Source of the DNA: Octopus vulgaris
Taxonomy: Eukaryota
Direction: 5' to 3'
Assembly: GCA_951406725.2 (NCBI GenBank)
Contig: OX597819.1
Location: 114,824,001-114,888,000 of the forward strand
Length of the DNA stretch: 64,000 nucleotides
The position numbers and the translations under genes are program-made. The notes below the pieces were generated by a model. The model was not told where the DNA came from and searched no databases. It worked only from the letters and a program-made list of their open reading frames with translations. Shown piece after piece: positions 10,026 through 21,254 of this stretch (positions are counted from its first letter, which is position 1; each line of letters begins with the position of its first letter).

Positions 10026-12561
10026 AACGCTAGCCTTTCATATTTTGCACTGTATGAACATTACCTTACATAGGTCGAGACTAGGGGTAGGGAGGGGTAG
10101 GGATGGTGAGAGCATTTGCAGTCTTCATGGGAAGCAACCCCGGAATGGCAGAGAATAGGAACTTCCGGCATGCGTGTTGGGGGTGGGATGGCGGGTGCAC
10201 CGTAGCTGAGTAAAGAGGTTCTGTTAATCGTATGAGCTAGCAAATGGGTTTGTATGAATCGGGAGACAACACTAAACGAAAAATTGAAAAATCAGAGTGG
10301 CTATGAACCTGTAGACAAGTCTAAACGAAAAAAAATGTTTGAGCTAGACAGGGTAATGAGGGAATACTGAAAGAATGAGGGACAATACAATGAGATGGAA
10401 ATTGAAGAATAGAGAAAGAATAAGAATAAGTGCAAGAAAGAAGGTAGTCGTAGCGAGGTTGGACGATTCACTTAACTTTTAGCCATTCATGATCTGTGCG
10501 TATTCTTTAGATATTTTGAAGCGAGTGGGGTTAACGATAAATGCGATCGCTCTTTTATATATGGCGATGATGGTTTTGGGAAGGGGGGGCATAGAGAACC
10601 ATGGCGATGATGGTTATGGGAAGGGGGGACATAGAGAGAGAGAGAGATAGGGTTAGTTAGAGAGAGGTCAAGGGACACGTGACAATAAGCGGTGTGAGGG
10701 AATTTGACTGGGGACGGCATTGTCGATAAATAAACATTAGATAAATAGGTTTGAAAATCAGAGGGAATATCATTATTGATAGCTAATATAACACCGTAGC
10801 TGAGTAAAGAGGTTCTGTTAATCGTATGAGCTAGCAAATGGGTTTGTATGAATCGGGAGACAACACTAAACGAAAAATTGAAAAATCAGAGTGGCTATGA
10901 ACCTGTAGACAAGTCTAAACGAAAAAAAATGTTTGAGCTAGACAGGGTAATGAGGGAATACTGAAAGAATGAGGGACAATACAATGAGATGGAAATTGAA
11001 GAATAGAGAAAGAATAAGAATAAGTGCAAGAAAGAAGGTAGTCGTAGCGAGGTTGGACGATTCACTTAACTTTTAGCCATTCATGATCTGTGCGTATTCT
11101 TTAGATATTTTGAAGCGAGTGGGGTTAACGATAAATGCGATCGCTCTTTTATATATGGCGATGATGGTTTTGGGAAGGGGGGGGCATAGAGAACCATGGC
11201 GATGATGGTTATGGGAAGGGGGGACATAGAGAGAGAGAGAGATAGGGTTAGTTAGAGAGAGGTCAAGGGACACGTGACAATAAGCGGTGTGAGGGAATTT
11301 GACTGGGGACGGCATTGTCGATAAATAAACATTAGATAAATAGGTTTGAAAATCAGAGGGAATATCATTATTGATAGCTAATATAACACCGTAGCTGAGT
11401 AAAGAGGTTCTGTTAATCGTATGAGCTAGCAAATGGGTTTGTATGAATCGGGAGACAACACTAAACGAAAAATTGAAAAATCAGAGTGGCTATGAACCTG
11501 TAGACAAGTCTAAACGAAAAAAAATGTTTGAGCTAGACAGGGTAATGAGGGAATACTGAAAGAATGAGGGACAATACAATGAGATGGAAATTGAAGAATA
11601 GAGAAAGAATAAGAATAAGTGCAAGAAAGAAGGTAGTCGTAGCGAGGTTGGACGATTCACTTAACTTTTAGCCATTCATGATCTGTGCGTATTCTTTAGA
11701 TATTTTGAAGCGAGTGGGGTTAACGATAAATGCGATCGCTCTTTTATATATGGCGATGATGGTTTTGGGAAGGGGGGGCATAGAGAACCATGGCGATGAT
11801 GGTTATGGGAAGGGGGGACATAGAGAGAGAGAGATAGGGTTAGTTAGAGAGAGGTCAAGGGACACGTGACAATAAGCGGTGTGAGGGAATTTGACTGGGG
11901 ACGGCATTGTCGATAAATAAACATTAGATAAATAGGTTTGAAAATCAGAGGGAATATCATTATTGATAGCTAATATAACACCGTAGCTGAGTAAAGAGGT
12001 TCTGTTAATCGTATGAGCTAGCAAATGGGTTTGTATGAATCGGGAGACAACACTAAACGAAAAATTGAAAAATCAGAGTGGCTATGAACCTGTAGACAAG
12101 TCTAAACGAAAAAAAAATGTTTGAGCTAGACAGGGTAATGAGGGAATACTGAAAGAATGAGGGACAATACAATGAGATGGAAATTGAAGAATAGAGAAAG
12201 AATAAGAATAAGTGCAAGAAAGAAGGTAGTCGTAGCGAGGTTGGATGATTCACTTAACTTTTAGCCATTCATGATCTGTGCGTATTCTTTAGATATTTTG
12301 AAGCGAGTGGGTATTTCTTTATTATGATTATAAAAATCGATTACACAGAAGGACAAATACAGGACATACATACAAAAAAAACATTTAAGAGATTCGATTA
12401 AAAATTTTCATTTACATTGGGATTATTCATTATAACATAAATGTCCTTTACATGACCAGTAGAACAAACAACAGTACATGAACTTATAATCTCACTGGAG
12501 TTTTTACACCCCGGCAATTTATGAGGCCCTGCAGCTTTTATTTCCTCTCCTTCCTCCATGG

Positions 12562-15500
12562 TCAAGCTGGGTTTCTGACACCCACCTTTTTTTCCACTTC
12601 CTTCCATCTTTTCTCATACACACCCCGCAGTAAGATCCTCTTTTCCAGCCCCATTTTGCTCTTCAGATGATATCTGAAGTAAGTGAGCAAGCCGGGGCCG
12701 GAGACAAAGGATCCTATCGCGGCTCCTTCCATTCTTGTTCTCCACATACATTCTTTTACTACTGCAACCGTGCAGTGAAAACATGCCTCACCTTCCTTCG
12801 AGAGTCCAGTTGGCGGTATCATCTTAATCATAGACTCAGCCGACAGCTGTACTCGTCCCAGATGCGATAACACGTGTTCTGCGTAACTTATCAAGTCGGA
12901 CAACTTCCGACAGTGAACAAAAGCGTGCTGGACGGTTTCATCGTCCAACTCGCACCTTGGACACGTCGGTGGCACTGAAACTCCGTGCCGCGATAACTTC
13001 TCGCGAACAGGTAAAGCATTCCTATAGCACTGCCAGGCCAGGGATCTTTGGAAATTATCCAAATACCCCGACCTGAAAGTTTTTTTAAACAGGTTGGTAA
13101 GCTGGTCTTCGTCAAACCCCAGAGCCCCTCCTAGGACGTCGTCGTTTTTTACCTCTACCAGCTTTCTATAAAATACCGAGGTGGTATTTCCGCAGCCGGC
13201 CTTGCCCGCCTTGTGGATCAGCGTGAGTGCCTGTCGGCACTCCTTTTGCCATGGAGTCAGTTTCCATCTTTTGATGTAACCGGGTTTAAAATTCACTAAG
13301 GAGGCCGGTCTCGGGAAAAATCCCCCTGCCAGCGGACTCCACACCTTATCACCCTCCAGGTGGTGCCAGAGATGCCTTAGCCTCAACGCATGTCTGCGCA
13401 TCATCAACCAAGGCATTCCTAACCCACCCTTTAACGGTTCCTGGCAGCAAACGGAGCGCCTCACAAGTGGCCTTCCTCCCTTCCACAAAAAGTGGAAAAG
13501 GATTCGCTCCAACTTGTTAAGCCATGAATCGGGGCAAGGGACAACGGTCAGGCGGTAGGTGATTACAGATGCAATGAACATCTGCACCACCTCCGCCTTT
13601 CCTTTCAAGGACAGAAACCTTCCGGACCAGGTCCGTACTATGGCTTCCACCTTGCTCGTCACCTCACTCCAGTTCTTCTCCGTTTGGGAGTCTGGCCCAA
13701 ACCAAACTCCCAGCAACTTAACAGGGCCATCCGTCCAGTGTCCCACGACACTGGACGATATCGACTTGCTCCTCCAGGTGCCGAGGCGCAAGCCGACCGA
13801 TTTGTCCTTGTTAACCTTTGCTCCTGCCACCGCCTCGTATCCTCTGATAGCCTCCTCTACACAAGGTAGTTGGGCCTCTTTGGACACGATGAGGGTGACG
13901 TCATCCGCATAAGCAGTAACCGTCCTCCCACCTCCGATTTCATCCGAGTTACTCCCCAGCCTCTCCAACTTTCGCAGCAATGGCTCAAGAGCCAATACGT
14001 ACAAAAGTGGTGACAAGGGGCACCCCTGACGCACTGAACACTCGATCGAAAACGGTTCCGTTAGGTAACCGTTTATCTGGACGGTGGACTTGATGCCGCT
14101 ATACATAGCGGAGATCCACCCGCGAAATTCAGGGCCCAGCCCAGCCGCTTCGAGGACCGTCGCCAGGTACCCATGGTCTACCCTATCGAAGGCTTTACTT
14201 TGGTCTAAATGGACCATTACCCCGCCTTTGCCGGCTAATTTACCCACCCTATCTAAGGTGTAGCGTATAAGGTGAAGGTTGTCCTGGATCGACCTGCCTG
14301 GAATTGCACATGTCTGTGCTCTCCCTACAAGTTTCTCCACGACAACCGTCAACCTTTTTGCCAACACCTTGGCCAAAATCTTTAACTCTACATTAAGTAG
14401 AGTTATGGGCCTGTAGTTACTGATGTTATCCCCCTTGCTCGGGTCTTTCTGGATTAGCGTCACCACTCCCCGGCTTACAGAACTGGGAATTCTCCCATTC
14501 TGCTGCCAGTTCGTGTAGACGCCCGCCAGTATTCCCCCGAACAAGTCCGGCATACTTTGGTAAAACTCGTAGGGCAGACCATCCAACCCCGGCGACTTCT
14601 CCCCGGCGCATCCGGCCAGTATCTCCTTTATCTCCGCGGGAGTGATCGCTCCTTCACAGCACTCCACCTCACGCCCCGCGAGCCGCGGCCCGCCGGCTAG
14701 GAAGTCCTTTAAGGCTCTCCCCCGATCCAGCGGACCACCACCCCCGAACACGCGGGCGGAATGCTGGTGAAGAAACTTTTGCATCTCCTCCTGTCCATAG
14801 ATCTTTTGTCCCTGTTCGTCAGTTAAAGATTTGATTGAGGCTCTGTTGCCTCTCTGACTCTCCACACGACGGGCCCATCCGGCCACGTTAATACCTTCTC
14901 GTTTCCCAGCGCATAGCTTAGCTCTGACTCTGCAACCTTCGTGTTTGGAGTTAAGGTGACGGTACAATACCGTCCTTGCCGCCAACACTCCGGATGCAGA
15001 GCCAGCTTCCATTGCCTCGTCTAGATTCTTAACTAAATCGCCCTCTAGACTAGCCCTATCTATCCTTAGCTGATTGCTAAATCTAACGGACTCTGAACGA
15101 ATGGCTCTTTTGAGGGCGTGCCACCATCTATTGTTAATGATGGTGCCACACAATGCCCTCTGAACTAACACCTTAATCCGGGCACGGAAGTCTTCACAAT
15201 TCAAAATAGCCTTGTTCAGCTTCCAGTACCCGGGTCCCTGTCTATGACACTTGTCTAATTGCATCCTACACGTCACAAATTTGTGATCCGAGTAGGGTAC
15301 AATATGAAATTGTGGACAACTAAACGTATCCTTATCTCTTTTCTTGATAAATATCCTATCTAGATACGATCTGTGTGAGCCGTCGTTGTTACTCCACGTC
15401 CACTGTGGAACGCTCGGCTCATCCAGTCGGTAACGGTCCACTAGATCAAAGCTCTCTAGTAGACCCTTGAGGCTAGGATTCCCCTTCCTATTGGTTGAGC

Positions 15501-15951
15501 CAACACTGTCGATCTGCGCTTCAAGGACAGTGTTAAAGTCCCCTACTAGGATTACTGTTTTCGACGTCGCTAAAAAGGGCTCCAGGTTCCGAAAAAAACC
15601 CCTCTGTCTACCCTCGTTCGGGGCGTAGACAGCTACCAACCTGAAGGACTGTTTACTTACGTGAGTCACATCCAGGACAACCAGCCTGCCTTCTGGGTCC
15701 AGAAAGACAGTACTTACCTGCAAGTCCAAGCTCTTCCTGATGAAGACTGCCACGCCTCTGCCTCTTCCTCGGCTAGGAGAAATAAATTTCTCGAAACCAT
15801 TTAGAAGAGGCGAGAACGCTTGGGTCTCGCTCATCTTGGACTCGGTTGCAATGGCTATATCTACACCATGTGTCGTGAGGTCGTTCAGGAAACAAATTTG
15901 TTTCCGTTTCGACCCCATTCCACGTACATTTATACAACCCAGCTTAGCCAT
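12562..15951 (-). CDS. Tx1 ORF2 (APE endonuclease, RT, C-terminal CCHC), intact, 1129 aa
   Basis: CINVRG, VYAPN, VGDFN, YLDRIF, YSDH, GPGYWKLN, KSPGLDG, DQSKAFDRVDH, VRQGCPLSPLLY, AYADD, CPRCELDDETVQHAFVHC. Confidence 0.97.
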   Translation of the reverse strand: MAKLGCINVRGMGSKRKQICFLNDLTTHGVDIAIATESKMSETQAFSPLLNGFEKFISPSRGRGRGVAVFIRKSLDLQVSTVFLDPEGRLVVLDVTHVSKQSFRLVAVYAPNEGRQRGFFRNLEPFLATSKTVILVGDFNTVLEAQIDSVGSTNRKGNPSLKGLLESFDLVDRYRLDEPSVPQWTWSNNDGSHRSYLDRIFIKKRDKDTFSCPQFHIVPYSDHKFVTCRMQLDKCHRQGPGYWKLNKAILNCEDFRARIKVLVQRALCGTIINNRWWHALKRAIRSESVRFSNQLRIDRASLEGDLVKNLDEAMEAGSASGVLAARTVLYRHLNSKHEGCRVRAKLCAGKREGINVAGWARRVESQRGNRASIKSLTDEQGQKIYGQEEMQKFLHQHSARVFGGGGPLDRGRALKDFLAGGPRLAGREVECCEGAITPAEIKEILAGCAGEKSPGLDGLPYEFYQSMPDLFGGILAGVYTNWQQNGRIPSSVSRGVVTLIQKDPSKGDNISNYRPITLLNVELKILAKVLAKRLTVVVEKLVGRAQTCAIPGRSIQDNLHLIRYTLDRVGKLAGKGGVMVHLDQSKAFDRVDHGYLATVLEAAGLGPEFRGWISAMYSGIKSTVQINGYLTEPFSIECSVRQGCPLSPLLYVLALEPLLRKLERLGSNSDEIGGGRTVTAYADDVTLIVSKEAQLPCVEEAIRGYEAVAGAKVNKDKSVGLRLGTWRSKSISSSVVGHWTDGPVKLLGVWFGPDSQTEKNWSEVTSKVEAIVRTWSGRFLSLKGKAEVVQMFIASVITYRLTVVPCPDSWLNKLERILFHFLWKGGRPLVRRSVCCQEPLKGGLGMPWLMMRRHALRLRHLWHHLEGDKVWSPLAGGFFPRPASLVNFKPGYIKRWKLTPWQKECRQALTLIHKAGKAGCGNTTSVFYRKLVEVKNDDVLGGALGFDEDQLTNLFKKTFRSGYLDNFQRSLAWQCYRNALPVREKLSRHGVSVPPTCPRCELDDETVQHAFVHCRKLSDLISYAEHVLSHLGRVQLSAESMIKMIPPTGLSKEGEACFHCTVAVVKECMWRTRMEGAAIGSFVSGPGLLTYFRYHLKSKMGLEKRILLRGVYEKRWKEVEKKVGVRNPA

Positions 15952-15979
15952 TGTGGGTTAGAGAGAAAATTAAATGTAC

Positions 15980-17402
15980 TCACGGTTGGGAAAGGGAGCA
16001 TGACAGTTTAAATCTGCCTGCTTCCCCTTCTTCCGCTGCTGCAGGGCTCTTGACCGGCGTTGCCACCGGGCTCTGGGTGGGTGTGGTTGCCGGGGTTATT
16101 ATCAGTTTGCCCTCCATTACCTCTTTGGTCACGTCTCTTATCAGTCGGTTCCTCAGGTGTTCCTGAAGAACCTCCTCCTTCCACTCGTCCTCCCCTACCT
16201 TCGCGAAGCGAGCGGTTGCTTTCACATCTGTGGCTCTACTATACAATACAAATCTTGAGAATTTACAACACTTGTACACTCTTTCGTTTTTCTCGTCGAA
16301 AGCTATGATCCTCTCGTTCTTCTGTAGGCACTTTTTTATGTCTTGTTTTATGGGGAGGGGCTTGGCAAACTGTTTTCCAATGAAAACAGTGCCATGGGGG
16401 TAGGGTTGGGGGATTTGCTTGATGTGTGTGTCTGCTGTGTTTGCTGTTTTTTTCTTTGTTTGGGGAGGGGAGTCCTGGGTATTATCTTTTTTTCTTTTAT
16501 GAGTGACTTGTGTGTAGTCCATTGGTTCTGTATGGTCCGTTTTTGTTTTTGTACTTGTCTTCGTCTTTTTGTTGTCTTTTCCTGTTTTCTCCCCTTCAGT
16601 GTTGGGGACACTTGGAGGAGGCGCTTCTTCTGTTCTCTTCTTTTTTATACAATTTGATCTGACGTGACCCTTCTCTCCACACTTGAAACATCTGGGTCTA
16701 CGTCCCTCCACTGCAACTCTCATTGACGTCCCGTCCTCATTGAAGATTCTATCGGGCAGGCCCTCTAAAATTTTGTTCTCCGCCTGCCACGAGGAGTTCC
16801 AGGGTCTGACCCTTCCACCGCACCACCTCTTTCCTTCTCATCTGCAGTATCGATATCTCTCGTTCAATATTGTGCAGGACCGCCGCTGCTACCCACATGA
16901 TGTCGTACCCTCTGGGTATGTCCTCTACCAGCAACTTCGCTGTACGCTTCCCCATGTACGAGGGTAGCAGCATGATGTCGTTTTTTAGGGTCAACGACGA
17001 CACCTCTCTCGCTACCTCGGCTGTGTCGAAATGTGCCTCGACTGTAGCACTGCGTGCACCTCTAACGACATGACGAATTTTGTCCCACACCGGGGACAGG
17101 CACTTTTCTACCATTTCATTCTTTACATCCATTATCTTCTTTTCTTTAAAGCTGTATACCTTGTAAATAACTATTCTTTCTTTAATCTCTTGTACCTTTG
17201 CCTGCGGCGGTACAAGCCTTATCTCGCCTCCTTCCACTTTTACCAGGTTCCTGAATTCGTACAATTGTTCGATTTTAAACTCGACATCCATCATGGCGCC
17301 GCCCACCGCGGCCGAAAATGACTGTTTGGGTACTTCTTTTTCCTTATTTTCACTTTTTCCCATCACGGGAAAATCCTCCTTCGACGTCAAGTCGAAATCC
17401 AT
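15980..17402 (-). pseudogene. Tx1 ORF1 of copy 1 (single CCHC knuckle), frameshifted at ~16787
   Basis: Split into ORFs 16749..17555 and 15980..16723. There is an extra C (GCCTGCCACG versus GCCTGCACG in copy 2). Contains CFKCGEKGHVRSNC. Confidence 0.9.
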
Positions 17403-17838
17403 TACCTCGAAGGTAATAAAAATACAGTTAATACAAAATTTTCTGCCCCGTAGGGCGAAAATTACCGTTATACAACGGGCACTGTTCAAACAATCAGCAC
17501 AGACAATAATAGCACAAATCCGAACTCTCTTAAATGAAGGCAGCAAATTTCTCACAACGCAGATGAAAGTAACTCGAGAACAAAATTTTTGAAGCGAGTG
17601 GGGTATTTCTTTATTATGATTATATAATCACACATAGAAGGACAAATACAGGACATACATACACAAAAAACATTTAAGAGATTCGTTTTAAAAATTTTCG
17701 TTTACATTTGAATTAAAAAATGAAAATAAATGTCTTTTATATGGCCTAGTAGAACAAACCACAATACATAACTGGAGCTTCTGCACCCCGGCAATTTATG
17801 AGGCCCTGCAGCTTCCACTTCCTCTCTCTCCTCCATGG

Positions 17839-20800
17839 TCAAGCTGGGTTTCTGACACCCACCTTTCTTTCCACTTCCTTCCATCTTTTCTCATACACAC
17901 GCCGTGGTAAGGTCCTCTTTTCCAGCCCCATTTTGCTCTTCAGATGATATCTGAAGTAAGTGGGCAGGCTGGGGCCGGAGACAAAGGATCCTATCGCGAC
18001 TCCTTCCATTCTCGTTCTCCACATGCATTCCTTTACTACTGCAACCGTGCAGTGAAAACATGCCTCACCTTCCTTCGAGAGTCCAGTTGGCGGTATCATC
18101 TTAATCATAGACTCAGCCGACAGCTGTACTCGTCCCAGATGCGATAACACGTGTTCTGCGTAACTTATCAAGTCGGACAACTTCCGACAGTGAACAAAAG
18201 CGTGCTGGACGGTTTCATCGTCCAACCCGCACCTTGGACACGTCGGTGGCACTGAAACTCCGTGCCGCGATAACTTCTCGCGAACAGGTAAAGCATTCCT
18301 ATAGCACTGCCAGGCCAGGGATCTTTGGAAATTATCCAAATACCCCGACCTGAAAGTTTTTTTAAACAGGTTGGCAAGCTGGTCTTCATCAAACCCCAGA
18401 GCCCCTCCTAGGACGTCGTCGTTTTTTGCCTCTACCAGCCCTCTATAAAATACCGAGGTGGTATTTCCGCAGCCGGCCTTGCCTGCCTTGTGGATCAGCG
18501 TGAGTGCCTGTCGGCACTCCTTTTGCCATGGAGTCAGTTTCCATCTTTTGATGTAACCGGGTTTAAAATTCACTAAGGAGGCCGGTCTCGGGAAAAATCC
18601 CCCTGCCAGCGGACTCCACACCTTATCACCCTCCAGGTGGTGCCAGAGATGCCTTAGCCTCAACGCATGTCTGCGCATCATCAACCAAGGCATCCCTAAC
18701 CCACCCTTTAACGGTTCTTGGCAGCAAACGGAGCGCCTCACAAGTGGCTTTCCTCCTTTCCACAAAAAGCGGAAAAGGATTCGCTCCAACTTGTTAAGCC
18801 ATGAATCGGGGCAAGGGACAACGGTCAGGCGGTAGGTGATTACAGATGCAATGAACATCTGCACCACCTCCGCCTTCCCTTTCAAGGACAGAGACCTTCC
18901 GGACCAGGTCCGTACTATGGCCTCCACCTTGCTTGTCACCTCACTCCAGTTCTTCTCCGTTTGGGAGTCTGGTCCAAACCAAACTCCCAGCAACTTAACA
19001 GGGCCATCCGTCCAGTGTCGTGGGACACTGGACGATATCGACTTGCTCCTCCAGGTGCCGAGGCGCAAGCCAACCGATTTGTCCTTGTTAACCTTTGCTC
19101 CTGCCACCGCCTCGTATCCTCTGATAGCCTCCTCTACACAAGGTAGTTGGGCCTCTTTGGACACGATGAGGGTGACGTCATCCGCATAAGCAGTAACCGT
19201 CCTCCCACCTCCGATTTCATCCGAGTTACTCCCCAGCCTCTCCAACTTTCGCAGCAGTGGCTCAAGAGCCAATACGTACAAAAGTGGTGACAAGGGGCAC
19301 CCCTGACGCACTGAACACTCGATCGAAAACGGTTCCGTTAGGTAACCGTTTATCTGGACGGTGGACTTGATGCCGCTATACATAGCGGAGATCCACCCGC
19401 GAAATTCAGGGCCCAGCCCAGCCGCTTCGAGGACCGTCGCCAGGTACCCATGGTCTACCCTATCGAAGGCTTTACTTTGGTCTAAATGGACCATTACCCC
19501 GCCTTTGCCGGCTAATTTACCCACCCTATCTAAGGTGTAGCGTATAAGGTGAAGATTGTCCTGGATCGACCTGCCTGGAATTGCACATGTCTGTGCTCTC
19601 CCTACAAGTTTCTCCACGACAACCGTCAACCTTTTTGCTAACACCTTGGCCAAAATCTTTAACTCTACATTAAGTAGAGTTATGGGCCTGTAGTTACTAA
19701 TATTATCCCCCTTGCTCGGGTCTTTCTGGATTAGCGTCACCACTCCCCGGCTTACAGAACTGGGAATTCTCCCGTTCTGCTGCCAGTTCGTGTAGACGCC
19801 TGCCAGTATTCCCCCGAACAAGTCCGGCATACTTTGGTAAAACTCGTAGGGCAGACCATCCAACCCCGGCGACTTCTCCCCGGCGCATCCGGCCAGTATC
19901 TCCTTTATCTCCGCGGGAGTGATCGCTCCTTCACAGCACTCCACCTCACGCCCCGCGAGCCGCGGTCCGCCGGCTAGGAAGTCCTTTAAGGCCCTCCCCC
20001 GATCCAGCGAACCACCACCCCCGAACACGCGAGCGAAATGCTGGTGAAGAAACTTTTGCATCTCCTCCTGTCCATAGATCTTTTGTCCCTGTTCGTCAGT
20101 CAAAGATTTGATTGAGGCTCTGTTGCCTCTCTGACTCTCCACACGACGGGCCCATCCGGCCACGTTAATACCTTCTCGTTTCCCAGCGCGCAGCTTAGCT
20201 CTGACTCTGCAACCTTCGTATTTGAAGTTAAGGTGACGGTACAATACCGTCCTTGCCGCCAACACTCCGGATGCAGAGCCAGCTTCCATTGCCTCGTCTA
20301 GATTCTTAACTAAATCGCCCTCTAGACTAGCCCTATCTATCCTTAGCTGATTGCTAAATCTAACGGACTCTAAACGAATGGCTCTTTTGAGGGCGTGCCA
20401 CCATCTATTGTTAATGATGGTGCCACACAATGCCCTCTGAACTAACACCTTAATCCGGGTACGGAAGTCTTCACAATTCAAAATAGCCTTGTTCAGCTTC
20501 CAGTACCCGGGTCCCTGTCTATGACACTTGTCTAATTGCACCTCACACGTCACAAATTTGTGATCCGAGTAAGGTACAATATGAAATTGTGGACAACTAA
20601 ACGTATCCTTATCTCTTTTCTTAATAAATATCCTATCTAGATACGATCTGTGTGAGCCGTCGTTGTTACTCCACGTCCACTGTGGAACGCTCGGCTCATC
20701 CAGTCGGTAACGGTCCACTAGATCAAAGCTCTCTAGTAGACCCTTGAGGCTAGGGTTCCCCTTCCTATTGGTTGAGCCAACATTGTCGATGTGCGCTTCA

Positions 20801-21227
20801 AGGACAGTGTTAAAGTCCCCTACTAGGATTACTGTTTTCGACGTCGCTAAAAAGGGCTCCAGGTTCCGAAAAAACCCCTCTGTCTACCCTCGTTCGGGGC
20901 GTAGACAGCTACCAACCTGAAGGACTGTTTACTTACGTGAGTCACATCCAGGACAACCAGCCTGCCTTCTGGGTCCAGAAAGACAGTACTTACCTGCAAG
21001 TCCAAGCTCTTCCTGATGAAGACTGCCACGCCTCTGCCTCCTCCTCGGCTAGGAGAAATAAATTTCTCGAAACCATTTAGAAGAGGCGAGAACGCTTTGG
21101 TCTCGCTCATCTTGGACTCGGTTGCAATAGCAATATCTACACCGTGTGTTGTGAGGTCGTTCAGGAAACAAATTTGTTTCCGTTTCGACCCCATTCCACG
21201 TACATTTATACAACCCAGCTTAGCCAT
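17839..21227 (-). pseudogene. Tx1 ORF2 of copy 2, frameshifted in an A-run at ~20870
   Basis: ORFs 20847..21227 and 17839..20718 match copy 1 ORF2. The run is A6 versus A7 in copy 1, which could be an assembly homopolymer error. Confidence 0.9.
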
Positions 21228-21254
21228 TGTGGGTGAGAGAGAAACAAAAAGTAC

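Larger units (their letters stand above)
12312..17586 (-). mobile_element. Full-length L1/Tx1-clade retrotransposon, copy 1
   Basis: Two ORFs and a 3' end AATAAAGAAATA. Flanked by TTTTGAAGCGAGTGGG at 12296-12311 and 17587-17602. Confidence 0.95.

Noticed and set aside
10480-10530. Monomer sequence after the TATA box (minus: CACTCGCTTCAAAATATCTAAAGAATACGCACAGATCATGAATGGC) superficially echoes the U6/U2 snRNA 5' ends, which are plausible Tx1-type targets
   Set aside because: Only short patches match. There is no ACAGAGA box, 5' stem-loop, ISL, branch-pairing sequence or Sm site. An Rfam scan would settle it.
10487-12253. Repeated ORFs MLAHTINRTSLLSYG... in the monomers
   Set aside because: They use non-ATG starts, shift frame between copies with G-run and GA-run length, and contain no recognisable domain.
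15952-15983. GTGAGT donor-like site at the Tx1 ORF1 stop followed by a pyrimidine tract
   Set aside because: There is no AG acceptor before the ORF2 ATG in either copy, and the spacer is too short for an intron.
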